Assembly: GCA_963783305.1 (NCBI GenBank)
Contig: CAWAMW010000013.1
Span: 64,001 to 128,000 of the forward strand
Direction: 5' to 3'
DNA: 64,000 bases
Source of the DNA: an uncultured Gemmatimonadales bacterium
Lineage (GTDB): Bacteria; Gemmatimonadota; Gemmatimonadetes; Longimicrobiales; RSA9
Below, one piece after another: positions 37,379 through 46,794 of this stretch. The translations under genes were made by a program, and so were the position numbers. How positions within the stretch are numbered: the first letter of the stretch is position 1; the number at the start of each line of letters is the position of its first letter. Under the pieces are notes generated by a model, which saw nothing but the letters and a program-made list of their open reading frames with translations, searched no databases and was not told the origin of the DNA.

Positions 37379-38668
37379 CTACCCGCGCTTCGTTCGCCCC
37401 TTCAGGAAGTCGCGCATGACGTACTGTCCGAGTGTCATGGTGCTGGTGAAGTAGGCTCGGCCGCGAGCCATGCGGCCCACCCGGGCCACGAACTCGACCA
37501 GCGCCGGGTCGCGCGCCAGCATGAACGTGTTGATCACGATCCCGCTCTTCCGGCACGCGGCGACCTCCCGGAACGTCTCGCGGAGCACGAACGGGTCGAG
37601 GCCCGCCGGGTTCTTGTAGACGCGGCCATCGGGCATGGTCACCGCGCTGGGCTTCCCATCGGTGATCATGATGATCTGCTGCATGTCCTTCTTCTGCCCG
37701 CGCAGCATGCGTCTCGCGAGCTTCAGGCCCTCGGCCGTGTTGGTGTGATAGGGGCCGACCTGTGTGCGGGCGATGCCCTTCAGCGGCACCTCCTGCGCCC
37801 GGTCACCGAAGGTGAGGACGCGCAGCGTATCCCCGGGGTACTGGGTCCGGATCAGGTGGCTCAGCGCCAGCGCCACCTTCTTGGCGGGCCCGAACCGATC
37901 CTCGCCATAGAGGATCATGGAGTGGCTGATATCCAGCATGAGCACCGTGGCGCACGAGCTCCGGTGCTCGGCCTGGTGGACCATGAGGTCGCTGTGGCGC
38001 AGGTCGAGCGGGAGAGTGAGCCCCTCCCGGGCGATGGCGTTCTTGAGCGTGGCCGGGATGTCCAGGTTCATGGTATCACCGAACCGGTACCGCCTGGACG
38101 CGGCTTCCGCCTCGATCCCGGTGGAGAGGTGCGCGGTCTCATGAGCGCCGATGCTGGACCGGCCCAGGCCACCGAGCAGGTCGCGCAGCGTGCGGTATCC
38201 CAGGAAGTCCAGCCCCTTGCCCGTGAGGTTGAACTCGACCTGGCGGGCCGCATCGGCGGCATCGTCGGTCCGGCCCTTCCCCTCCATCTCCTGGAACGAC
38301 GACGGCATGCCCGTCCCCTCGTCGAGACTCAGGTAGCCTTCCTCCACCATCCGCTTCACCAGCTCGTCCAGCAGCGCCGCGATCTTCTCCCGGGTCTCCT
38401 CCGACCCCTCGCCCTCTCCCCGCAGCTCCTCCAGCATCTCCGGCGTGAGCTGACCGCTCTCGATCAGAGCCCGGAGCAGCGCATCCTTCAGCGCGTCCAG
38501 CGACCGGTCCCCGGACTCCGGCTGGTCCCATGACCACCACGGCTGGTCCTCCGGCCCGCCGGCGAAGCCCGCCTGAAGGAGGAAATCGCTCAACTGCTCG
38601 AGCAGCGACTCCAGGTTCAGGGCGTCGAGCCAGCTGCCCTTGTACTTGCTGTAGGTCGTGAAGCGCAT
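37379..38668 (-). CDS. VWA (von Willebrand A) domain protein
   Basis: MIDAS motif DISHS, TNT, ITDGKP; YRFGDT..LDI..T..NA. Confidence 0.88.
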   Translation of the reverse strand: MRFTTYSKYKGSWLDALNLESLLEQLSDFLLQAGFAGGPEDQPWWSWDQPESGDRSLDALKDALLRALIESGQLTPEMLEELRGEGEGSEETREKIAALLDELVKRMVEEGYLSLDEGTGMPSSFQEMEGKGRTDDAADAARQVEFNLTGKGLDFLGYRTLRDLLGGLGRSSIGAHETAHLSTGIEAEAASRRYRFGDTMNLDIPATLKNAIAREGLTLPLDLRHSDLMVHQAEHRSSCATVLMLDISHSMILYGEDRFGPAKKVALALSHLIRTQYPGDTLRVLTFGDRAQEVPLKGIARTQVGPYHTNTAEGLKLARRMLRGQKKDMQQIIMITDGKPSAVTMPDGRVYKNPAGLDPFVLRETFREVAACRKSGIVINTFMLARDPALVEFVARVGRMARGRAYFTSTMTLGQYVMRDFLKGRTKRG

Positions 38669-38935
38669 GGCGGTGGCTCCGGTGTAGGGGGTACCGGAAG
38701 TTCTACCCTTACGGCGCTGTGATCAAGCCATCCGGTCCCGGGCAGGTGGAAGCCGGAGGGGAGTCGTCACCAGGGCAGGGCGCCAGGCCGGCGTCGATTC
38801 GCGACCAGCGCCGCCTCTCCCCGGAGGCTCCGCCCTGGCGCACCAGGGCGCACGCTCTGGAGAGCGGCCCGCCAACCTGTTACCGTGACGGGTGCACCGT
38901 GATCCGCGTCCCCCGTCCCGACCCTGGAGGCAAGT

Positions 38936-41590
38936 ATGAAGCGTGCCCGCGATCCCATTGTCGTACCGGCCGTGCTCCTGATGGCCCTGGTCCTGTCGGC
39001 GTGCGCGGTGGCCTCCACGGATGCTGGCCCCGCTGAGGCGGCGCCTGTCCCGTCCGCCCCCGAGTACGACGTGGTCATTCGCGGGGGGGTGGTGTACGAC
39101 GGGACGGGCGCGGCCGGGGTGGTGGCGGACGTGGGGGTGCGAGGCGACCGGATCGTCGCCGTGGGCGACCTGGGTGAGGCGCGAGGGGCGGAAGAGCTCG
39201 ATGCCGCGGGGCTCGCCGTGGCGCCGGGGTTCATCAACATGCTGAGCTGGGCGACGGAGTCGCTGATCGAGGACGGTCGGTCGCAGGGCGACATCCGGCA
39301 GGGCGTGACGCTGGAGGTGTTCGGCGAGGGGTGGTCGATGGGACCGCTGTCGGACACGATGAAGACGGTGGAGCGGGCGCAGCAGGGCGATATCCGGTAC
39401 GACATCGAGTGGACCACGCTGGGGGAGTACCTGGAGCACCTGGAGCGGAGGGGCATCTCGACGAACGTGGCCTCGTTCGTGGGCGCGACCACCGTCCGCA
39501 TCCACGAGGTGGGGCAGGAAGACCGGGCCCCCACACCGGCGGAGCTGGAGCGGATGCGGAGTCTGGTCCGGGAGGCGATGCGGGAGGGCGCGCTGGGGGT
39601 CGGGTCGTCGCTCATCTACGCGCCGGCGTTCTACGCGGAGACCGACGAGCTCATCGCGCTGGCGGAAGAGGCGGGCCGGTACGGCGGGATGTACATCTCG
39701 CACCTGCGCAGCGAAGGCAACGGGCTCCTGAAGGCGGTGGACGAGCTGATCACCATCGCCCGTGAGGCCGGGGTGCCGGCGGAGATCTACCACCTGAAGC
39801 AGGCCGGTACGGACAACTGGCCGAAGCTGGACTCGGTGATCGCGCGGGTGGAAGCGGCGCGGGCGGAGGGGCTGCGGATCACCACCGACATGTACACCTA
39901 CACGGCGGGTGCGACGGGGCTGGACGCGGCGATGCCGCCATGGGTGCAGGAGGGCGGCCTGGAGGAGTGGCGGCGGAGGCTCCAGGACCCGGAGATCCGC
40001 GCCCGCGTGCTGCGGGAGATGCGCACCCCGACCGACGAGTGGGAGAGCCTCTACCTCCTCGCCGGCTCCCCGGAGCGGGTGCTCCTCGTGGGTTTCCGAC
40101 AGGACTCGCTGAAGTACCTGACGGGGAAGAGCATCGCCGAGGTCGCGGCCATGCGTGGGACCTCGCCCGAGGAGGTGGCCATGGACCTGGTGGTCCAGGA
40201 CGACAGCCGCGTGGGCACCGTGTACTTCCTCATGTCGGAGGAGAACGTCGCCCGGCAGGTCGCGCTGCCCTGGATGAGCTTCGGGTCCGACGCCGGGTCC
40301 CTCACCACCGAAGGCGTCTTCCTGGGCTCCAACCCGCACCCGCGGGCGTACGGCAACTTCGCCCGGCTCCTCGGCCGCTACGTGCGGGAGCAGCGGGTGA
40401 TCCCACTGGAGGAAGCGGTGCGGAAGCTCACATCCCTGCCCGCCCGGAACCTGGCGCTCCGCGATCGGGGCGAGCTGCGGCCCGGGTTCTTCGCGGACAT
40501 CGTGGTGTTCGACCCCGCTACGATCACCGACCACGCCACCTTCCAGGAGCCTCACCAGTACGCCACGGGTGTCCAGGACGTGTTCGTGAACGGCGTGCAG
40601 GTGCTCCGTGATGGCGAGCACACGGGAGCGCTGCCGGGGCGGGTGGTGCGGGGTCCGGGCTGGCGCGGGTGGAGTGAGAGCGCGGCGCGCCCGTCGTCGC
40701 TCGAGGCTCTGGGGCGGCGGCTGGAGGAGCGGCTCGCGGACGTGCCGGGAGAGGTGAGCGTAGCGCTGGTCGACGTGGAGACCGGTGAGCGGATCGGGAT
40801 CAACGACGACGTGGTCATGCACGCCGCCAGCACCATGAAGGTGCCGGTCCTGCTGGAACTGTATCGGCAGGCGGCGGAAGGAAGATACTCGCTGGACGAC
40901 GCGGTCGTCGTACGGGACACGTTCATCAGCATCGCGGATGGCAGCCGTTACGCGGTGGGCCGTGAGGACGACAGTGAGCAGGAGCTGTACGGGCTGATCG
41001 GGCAGGGAGTGGCGCGGGGCGAGCTGGCGCGGCGGATGATCGTCCGGTCATCGAACCTCGCCACCAACCTGCTCATCGAGGAGGTGGACGCGGCCGCGGT
41101 GCGGCGCACGCTCGAGGCGATGGGGGCCGCCGACGTGAACGTGCTCCGGGGCGTTGAGGACATCCCCGCGTACCGACGCGGGCTGAACAACACCACCACC
41201 GCGGCTGGGCTGGCCACGGTGCTGGCGGCCCTGGCACGATGCGAGGCCGGCGACGTGGCCCCGGCGCTGCGCCCGCTGCAACCGGCCGACTGCGCCGCGA
41301 TGGTGGACGTCCTGGCCGCGCAGGAGTTTGCCGAGCGCATCCCGGCGGGCGTGCCCGAGGGCGTGCGGGTGGCCAACAAGACCGGGTGGATCACCGGGAT
41401 CGACCACGACTCCGCCATCATCTACCCGCCGGGGAGGGGGCCGTACGTGCTGGTGGTGCTGACGCGCGGGGTGGAAGGCGCCGGCGTGAGCGGCGCCACC
41501 ATCCGGGACGTGTCGCGGCTGGCGTGGGAGGGGCTGACCGGAGCGGAATCAGGCTCCACGCCGGAGTCTCCGACCCGGCCGCGGAGGTAG
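38936..41590 (+). CDS. Lipoprotein fusion: N-acyl-D-amino acid deacylase plus class A beta-lactamase-like serine hydrolase
   Basis: Lipobox LSAC; APGFINMLSW, SHLRSE, YHLK, FGSDA, HPRAYG; then ASTMK, SSN, KTG. Confidence 0.88.
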   Translation: MKRARDPIVVPAVLLMALVLSACAVASTDAGPAEAAPVPSAPEYDVVIRGGVVYDGTGAAGVVADVGVRGDRIVAVGDLGEARGAEELDAAGLAVAPGFINMLSWATESLIEDGRSQGDIRQGVTLEVFGEGWSMGPLSDTMKTVERAQQGDIRYDIEWTTLGEYLEHLERRGISTNVASFVGATTVRIHEVGQEDRAPTPAELERMRSLVREAMREGALGVGSSLIYAPAFYAETDELIALAEEAGRYGGMYISHLRSEGNGLLKAVDELITIAREAGVPAEIYHLKQAGTDNWPKLDSVIARVEAARAEGLRITTDMYTYTAGATGLDAAMPPWVQEGGLEEWRRRLQDPEIRARVLREMRTPTDEWESLYLLAGSPERVLLVGFRQDSLKYLTGKSIAEVAAMRGTSPEEVAMDLVVQDDSRVGTVYFLMSEENVARQVALPWMSFGSDAGSLTTEGVFLGSNPHPRAYGNFARLLGRYVREQRVIPLEEAVRKLTSLPARNLALRDRGELRPGFFADIVVFDPATITDHATFQEPHQYATGVQDVFVNGVQVLRDGEHTGALPGRVVRGPGWRGWSESAARPSSLEALGRRLEERLADVPGEVSVALVDVETGERIGINDDVVMHAASTMKVPVLLELYRQAAEGRYSLDDAVVVRDTFISIADGSRYAVGREDDSEQELYGLIGQGVARGELARRMIVRSSNLATNLLIEEVDAAAVRRTLEAMGAADVNVLRGVEDIPAYRRGLNNTTTAAGLATVLAALARCEAGDVAPALRPLQPADCAAMVDVLAAQEFAERIPAGVPEGVRVANKTGWITGIDHDSAIIYPPGRGPYVLVVLTRGVEGAGVSGATIRDVSRLAWEGLTGAESGSTPESPTRPRR

Positions 41591-41594
41591 CCGG

Positions 41595-42656
41595 TTGGAC
41601 CGATCGTCCGCGGAGCGTCCGCTCGCCGAAGCGCTGCTCGACCATTTCGATGTCCACCGCCGCCCCATGCCATGGCGCGAGACCTCAGACCCGTACGCCA
41701 TCTGGGTGAGCGAGGTCATGCTCCAGCAGACGCGGGTCGATACCGTTGTCCCGTACTGGGAGCGGTGGCTGGAGCGGTTCCCCACGGTCGGGGCGTTGGC
41801 GGATGCGGAACTGGACGACGTCCTGAAGCACTGGGAGGGGCTCGGCTACTATTCCCGCGCCCGCAACCTCCACAGCGCCGCGCGCGTGGTACGGGAGCGC
41901 TACGACGGCGCGGTGCCGAGCGAGCCCGAGGAGCTTCGCCGACTGCCCGGCGTGGGCGAGTACACGGCGGGGGCCGTGGCGAGCATCGCGTTCGGCGTGC
42001 CCGAGCCGGCCGTGGATGGCAACGTCCGCAGAGTCCTTTCCCGGCTCTACGACCTGGAAGCGCCCACCGCCCGCGAGCTTCGGGATCTCGCCGCGGCGCT
42101 GGTGCCGCAGGACCGGCCGGGCGACTTCAACCAGGCGCTGATGGAGCTGGGCGCCACCGTCTGCTCGCCCCGCAGCCCCGACTGCGCCCGATGCCCCGTG
42201 GCCGACCGGTGCGCCGCTCGCCGCCTGGGCGTGCAGGAGCTGCGGCCGCGACCGGCATCGCGGAAGGCGGTCCCGGTAGAGGCGGTGCGGACACTGGTGC
42301 TCGTGCGGCCCGATGGATCGCTCCTTCTGGTCCGGCGTCCGCTGGACGGACTGCTCGGAGGACTGTGGGAGTTCCCAGCCGTGGCCGGCCTCGACCATGT
42401 TCCCGGAGCCGCGGTGGCGGTCACCGCGGCCGACACCCCCGGTCGCGCCTCGGCGCTGGCCGCGGTGATGCACGCCTTCTCGCACAAGCGGGTGACCTAC
42501 GAGCCGGTCCTGATCGGGCTCACGGCAGCGGAATCGGCCGGAGTCGAGGCGTCCGAGACAGTGCGGTGGGCAGCGCCCGACGCCCTGAGCGACTACGCCC
42601 TCCCCGTGGCGCAGCAGAAGATCGCGCGGCTGGTTATGGCGGCCCTCGGCCGCTGA
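41595..42656 (+). CDS. mutY: A/G-specific adenine glycosylase
   Basis: PWR..DPY.IWVSEVMLQQT, WEGLGYYSRARN, LPGVGEYTA, VDGNV, C-x6-C-x2-C-x5-C. Confidence 0.96.
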   Translation: MDRSSAERPLAEALLDHFDVHRRPMPWRETSDPYAIWVSEVMLQQTRVDTVVPYWERWLERFPTVGALADAELDDVLKHWEGLGYYSRARNLHSAARVVRERYDGAVPSEPEELRRLPGVGEYTAGAVASIAFGVPEPAVDGNVRRVLSRLYDLEAPTARELRDLAAALVPQDRPGDFNQALMELGATVCSPRSPDCARCPVADRCAARRLGVQELRPRPASRKAVPVEAVRTLVLVRPDGSLLLVRRPLDGLLGGLWEFPAVAGLDHVPGAAVAVTAADTPGRASALAAVMHAFSHKRVTYEPVLIGLTAAESAGVEASETVRWAAPDALSDYALPVAQQKIARLVMAALGR

Positions 42657-42742
42657 GCGGACGGCCGTTCCGTGCGGGCGCCGGGCGGAGCCCGAGAGCG
42701 GACGCTTGAGCGCCGGGCGGCGGCGCAGCACATTGCGTCCCC

Positions 42743-44236
42743 ATGAACAGTCCCGATCCTCTGGAGGAGCTGGCCCTCCTCGTCCGCTCCCGCCACGGCC
42801 TGGCTGTCCTCGAGGTCGATGACGAGGATCGTGCCGAGTCGTTGATCCGACACCTGGCCGACCGGCTCGGCGTCCCCTGGTTCCGGTGGACCCGCACGGG
42901 CGGCCTGGTCCGCGACGGCGCCGATGGACCGGTCTACGACACGCAGCAGCCCGCCCGCGCTCTCGCCCACATCCATCACGCCGCCTTCCCAGCGGTGTAC
43001 CATCTCCGGGGCCTCGCGCCGTTCCTGTCGGACGCCACGACGGCCGCAGCGCTGGCGGACGCGGTCCGCTCGTACGAGAGCAACGACGGAATCCTGATCC
43101 TCACCGGTGTCGGCGGCACGGAGCTGCCGGAGGAAGTCCGGAGGCGGGCGGCGACGGTGCGGCTGGCGCCTCCCGTGGACGCCGACTACCACCAGCTCCT
43201 CGGGCGAATCCTGCGGGATGTGCGCCGGCGCCAGGACGTGGAGGTGACGATCGAGCCGGAGTCGCTGAAGCGGCTGTACGCCAACCTGCGTGGGCTCACG
43301 CTGCTGGAGGCGGAGAAGGTGCTGACGCGGGCCATTGTGGAGGATGGGGCGCTCCGGGCGGAGGACATCCAGCTGGTGCTGGATCACAAGCGGCAGGTGG
43401 TCGAGCGGGAGGGCCTGCTGGAGTACTATCCCACCGAAGAAGTGATGGCGAACGTGGCCGGGCTGGACACCCTCAAGGGCTGGCTCGCCCAGCGTCGCTC
43501 CATCATCACCGACCCCGACCGCGCTCGCGACTTCGGTCTCGTCTTTCCGAAGGGGCTGCTGCTCGTGGGGGTGCCCGGTTCGGGGAAGTCGCTGTGCGCC
43601 AAGGCCGTCGCGGCGGAGTGGACGCTCCCGCTCCTCAAGCTCGACCCCGCGGGCCTGTACAACAAGTACATCGGTGAGACGGAAAAGAACTTCCGCCGGG
43701 CCATGGCCACGGCGGAGGAGATGGCGCCCGTCGTGCTCTGGATCGATGAGATCGAGAAGGCGTTCGCCGAGGGGGGCGCGGAGGACGGGGGCGTCTCGAC
43801 GCGCGTGCTGGGCACCTTCCTGTCGTGGCTCCAGGACCGCACCGGCGATGTGTTCGTGGTCGCCACCGCGAACGACGTGGAGAAGCTTCCGCCCGAGCTG
43901 CTCCGGAAGGGCCGCTTCGACGAGATCTTCTTCGTCGACCTCCCGGACCGCGATGCCCGGAGCGAGATCTTCCGGATCCACCTGGCGCGCCGGAAACAGC
44001 CCACCCACCGGTTCGACCTGGAACGCCTGGCCCGGGCCGCGGATGGCTTCAGCGGCGCAGAGATCGAGCAGGTGGTCATGAGCGCCCTGTACGCCGCGTT
44101 CGCCGATGGAGGCACGGTCGATGACGGCCGGCTCCTCGTCGAGATCGAGGGCACTTCGCCGCTGTCCACAGTCGCGGCGGAGCGCGTCGCCCGGCTCAGG
44201 GCGTGGGCGGACGGTCGGACCGTCCGGGCGAATTGA
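42743..44236 (+). CDS. Ycf46-like AAA+ ATPase
   Basis: PKGLLLVGVPGSGKS, LWIDEIEK, ATAN..LPPELLRKGRFDEIFFVDLP. Confidence 0.9.
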   Translation: MNSPDPLEELALLVRSRHGLAVLEVDDEDRAESLIRHLADRLGVPWFRWTRTGGLVRDGADGPVYDTQQPARALAHIHHAAFPAVYHLRGLAPFLSDATTAAALADAVRSYESNDGILILTGVGGTELPEEVRRRAATVRLAPPVDADYHQLLGRILRDVRRRQDVEVTIEPESLKRLYANLRGLTLLEAEKVLTRAIVEDGALRAEDIQLVLDHKRQVVEREGLLEYYPTEEVMANVAGLDTLKGWLAQRRSIITDPDRARDFGLVFPKGLLLVGVPGSGKSLCAKAVAAEWTLPLLKLDPAGLYNKYIGETEKNFRRAMATAEEMAPVVLWIDEIEKAFAEGGAEDGGVSTRVLGTFLSWLQDRTGDVFVVATANDVEKLPPELLRKGRFDEIFFVDLPDRDARSEIFRIHLARRKQPTHRFDLERLARAADGFSGAEIEQVVMSALYAAFADGGTVDDGRLLVEIEGTSPLSTVAAERVARLRAWADGRTVRAN

Positions 44237-44442
44237 TCGGGAGGCCCGGCTGGAGCCCGAGAGGGCACCATTCTGGGCGGTAGGGAATCTTCCCACCAGC
44301 ATTTCAGCGTCCTCCCTACTGCATCCGGACCCCCGAAACGCCATTGTTGTCCTCGGAATGGGGTCCGCGGCGCGCGGGTAGGGGCTTCGCCGGAGAGTCG
44401 CCGTCGGGCCCTGTTCCTTTTTTTAATCAGGAGGGTCGGGAG

Positions 44443-45441
44443 GTGACCATTCCCAGATCGGTCCTCGTACCTGTCGACGGCTCCAACTTCGCCGAGCACG
44501 CCCTTCCGTACGCCCTCGGTATCGCCCGCCGCACCGGCTCCACGCTGCACCTCGCCCTCGTCCATGTTCCCGCAGAATCGGTCTCTCCGACGTACCCTCT
44601 GAGCAAGGCGCTCCAGGCGCACTACAGCGAGCAGCGGGACCAGGAGGCGGAATATCTCCAGCGTCTGGTCGGTCGGCTCGAGCGCTCCGGCGTACCGCTG
44701 CATCCCGTGCTGCTCAGAGGAAGGGTGTTTAACGCTCTGAGCGACTATGTGGAGAGCGCGGACATCGATCTCATCGTCATGACGACCCACGGGCGGGGCG
44801 GCTTCCAGCGCACGTGGCTGGGCAGTACCGCCGACAGTCTGATCCGCCACGTCATGGTTCCGCTCCTGCTGCTCCGACCCTCCGAGGCCACCCGCGACAT
44901 CGGCCCCGACAGCGACCGCACCGTGCGGCACGCGGTGGTCGCCCTCGATGGGAGCGGGACCGCCGAGACGGCGCTGCACGACGCGCTGGAGCTGGGTATC
45001 ACCCGCGACGCGAGCATGACGCTGCTCCACGTGCTCCAGCCGACCGGGGCGATGACGGCGCCTTACCTGCCGCAGGGCATTCACATCGGCCCGGACGAGC
45101 TCGAGGAGCGGAAGTCGCACATGCTGGAGTACCTCAACCGTATGGCGGAGTCAGCGGCGCTGCACCAGCGCGGATGCGAGACACGGGTCGCGCTGGACTA
45201 CCATCCCGCGCCCGCGGTCCTGGAGCTCGCGGAAGAGAAGGACGCGGATCTCATTGTTCTGGGAACCCACGGGCGGAGCGGCCTCCGCAGACTCATCCTG
45301 GGCAGCGTGGCCGACAAGGTGATCCGGGGCACCCACCGGCCAGTGCTGGTGCATCGGGGAGTGGGTCGCATTGCGCACCTGGTGCACCTGGTAGACCGAC
45401 CGCACAACTCCGAGCAGGCCGGCTCCAGCCCGCGCCCGTAG
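44443..45441 (+). CDS. Tandem-domain universal stress protein
   Basis: VLVPVDGS..DLIVMTTHGR..LGS twice; RBS GGGAG before GTG 44443. Confidence 0.92.
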   Translation: MTIPRSVLVPVDGSNFAEHALPYALGIARRTGSTLHLALVHVPAESVSPTYPLSKALQAHYSEQRDQEAEYLQRLVGRLERSGVPLHPVLLRGRVFNALSDYVESADIDLIVMTTHGRGGFQRTWLGSTADSLIRHVMVPLLLLRPSEATRDIGPDSDRTVRHAVVALDGSGTAETALHDALELGITRDASMTLLHVLQPTGAMTAPYLPQGIHIGPDELEERKSHMLEYLNRMAESAALHQRGCETRVALDYHPAPAVLELAEEKDADLIVLGTHGRSGLRRLILGSVADKVIRGTHRPVLVHRGVGRIAHLVHLVDRPHNSEQAGSSPRP

Positions 45442-45514
45442 CTCGCTCGCGCCGGGCGGCTTCGCACGCCGAGCGACCCGCAGAACCCGGTCGGTCCTGG
45501 CGGGTAGTGAGCGT

Positions 45515-46210
45515 ATGACTTCCACGACGCATGCCGCCGCCGTCACCGCCGTCCTGTTCGACCTGGACGGGACTCTGATCAACACCAAGTCCCTCTATCT
45601 CGAGGCCTACCGTCGCGCGGTTGCGCCGTACGTCCGCGACGACATGAGTCACGAGGACATCAAGGCGCTCCGCCCCACCTCGGAGCTCGCCTTTCTCCGC
45701 GCGCTGGTCCACGACCACGACTTCGACGCGTGCCTCGCCGATTTCTACCGCGCCTACGAGGCCCTCCACGCCGAGAGCTTCCACGGCGTGTACGACGGCG
45801 TGCCGGAGCTGCTCGGCGCTCTTCGCGACGCCGGCATCCCCCTGGGCCTGGTGACCGGCAAGAGCCGCCGGTCGTGGGAGATCACTCGTGCCGTCGTCGA
45901 GTCGATCGAGCCGTTCGACGCCCTCGTCTTCGACGACGACGTGCGCGCGCCGAAGCCCGACCCGCACGGGCTCGAGCTGGCCGTCGAGGCGCTCGGCGTG
46001 GCGCCCTCGGACACCGCGTACGTCGGCGACACCCTCAGCGACATGGAGGCCGCGCACGCCGCCGGGCTCCGGCCGGTGGCCGCCCTCTGGGCCTTCGACG
46101 ACGAGGAGCGGCGCGCGCTGCATCTGGAGCGGATCCGCTCGGTCCAGGCGATCGCCATCGAGCACCCCTCCGAGCTGCTGCGGCAGGTGGGGCTCGCGCC
46201 GGCGCGATAG
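45515..46210 (+). CDS. HAD-IA hydrolase (PpaX/Gph-like)
   Basis: FDLDGTL, VTGK, KPDP, YVGD..D. Confidence 0.9.
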   Translation: MTSTTHAAAVTAVLFDLDGTLINTKSLYLEAYRRAVAPYVRDDMSHEDIKALRPTSELAFLRALVHDHDFDACLADFYRAYEALHAESFHGVYDGVPELLGALRDAGIPLGLVTGKSRRSWEITRAVVESIEPFDALVFDDDVRAPKPDPHGLELAVEALGVAPSDTAYVGDTLSDMEAAHAAGLRPVAALWAFDDEERRALHLERIRSVQAIAIEHPSELLRQVGLAPAR

Positions 46211-46338
46211 GCCGGCGATGGAGCGGGCGCGGCCCCACACGCGGAGTTCAGGGATCCCCGACACCGCTCCGCCGGCGGTGGCAGTACAATGAAAACAGGG
46301 CAGGCAGGGACCAGGAACAACCTCGAAGGGAGCGGCAA

Positions 46339-46593
46339 ATGGGATTCGGCGGACTGGGTGGCATGGAGCTCGGGCTGATCATGCTCGTTCTGATGCTGGT
46401 CTTTGGTGCCAAGAGACTGCCGGAGCTGGGCAGGGGCCTGGGTCGAGGCATCCGGGAATTCAAGGACTCCGTGAGCGGGATCACCGCCGAGTTGGACGAA
46501 CTCGACCGCGTCTCGCCCGTGGCCTCGGAGTCGCCAAGGCTCCAGACCGGCGCCCATGAGCCGGGAGCAGAGCGCGGCGCTCCTCAGGACTAG
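46339..46593 (+). CDS. tatA: Twin-arginine translocase TatA/E subunit
   Basis: MGFGGLGGMELGLIMLVLMLVFGAKRLPELGRGLGRGIREFK. Confidence 0.93.
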   Translation: MGFGGLGGMELGLIMLVLMLVFGAKRLPELGRGLGRGIREFKDSVSGITAELDELDRVSPVASESPRLQTGAHEPGAERGAPQD

Positions 46594-46608
46594 CAGGTCA
46601 CTGAAAAC

Positions 46609-46767
46609 GTGCGGGCAGGGAGCGAACGGTCGCGTGCGCTCCCTGTCGACCGCCTCGCTGCGCTCGCTGGTCGAGCGCTTCGGCCTGCGGCCTCGCGGTG
46701 GCCTCGCGCGAAGCGCGGGCGATCGACCCCCGCTCCAGCGGGTCCCGAAGGGATCGACCCTCGACCC
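46609..46767 (-). repeat. Dispersed intergenic repeat, copy C (inverted, longest)
   Basis: Core at 46745-46766; shares CCCGCTGG..GGGGGTCGATCGCCCGCG and CGCGACCG.TCGC with copy A; contains CTCGCTGCGCTCGCT. Confidence 0.85.
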
Positions 46768-46794
46768 GAGCTATGATCTCTGCCCGGTCACGCG

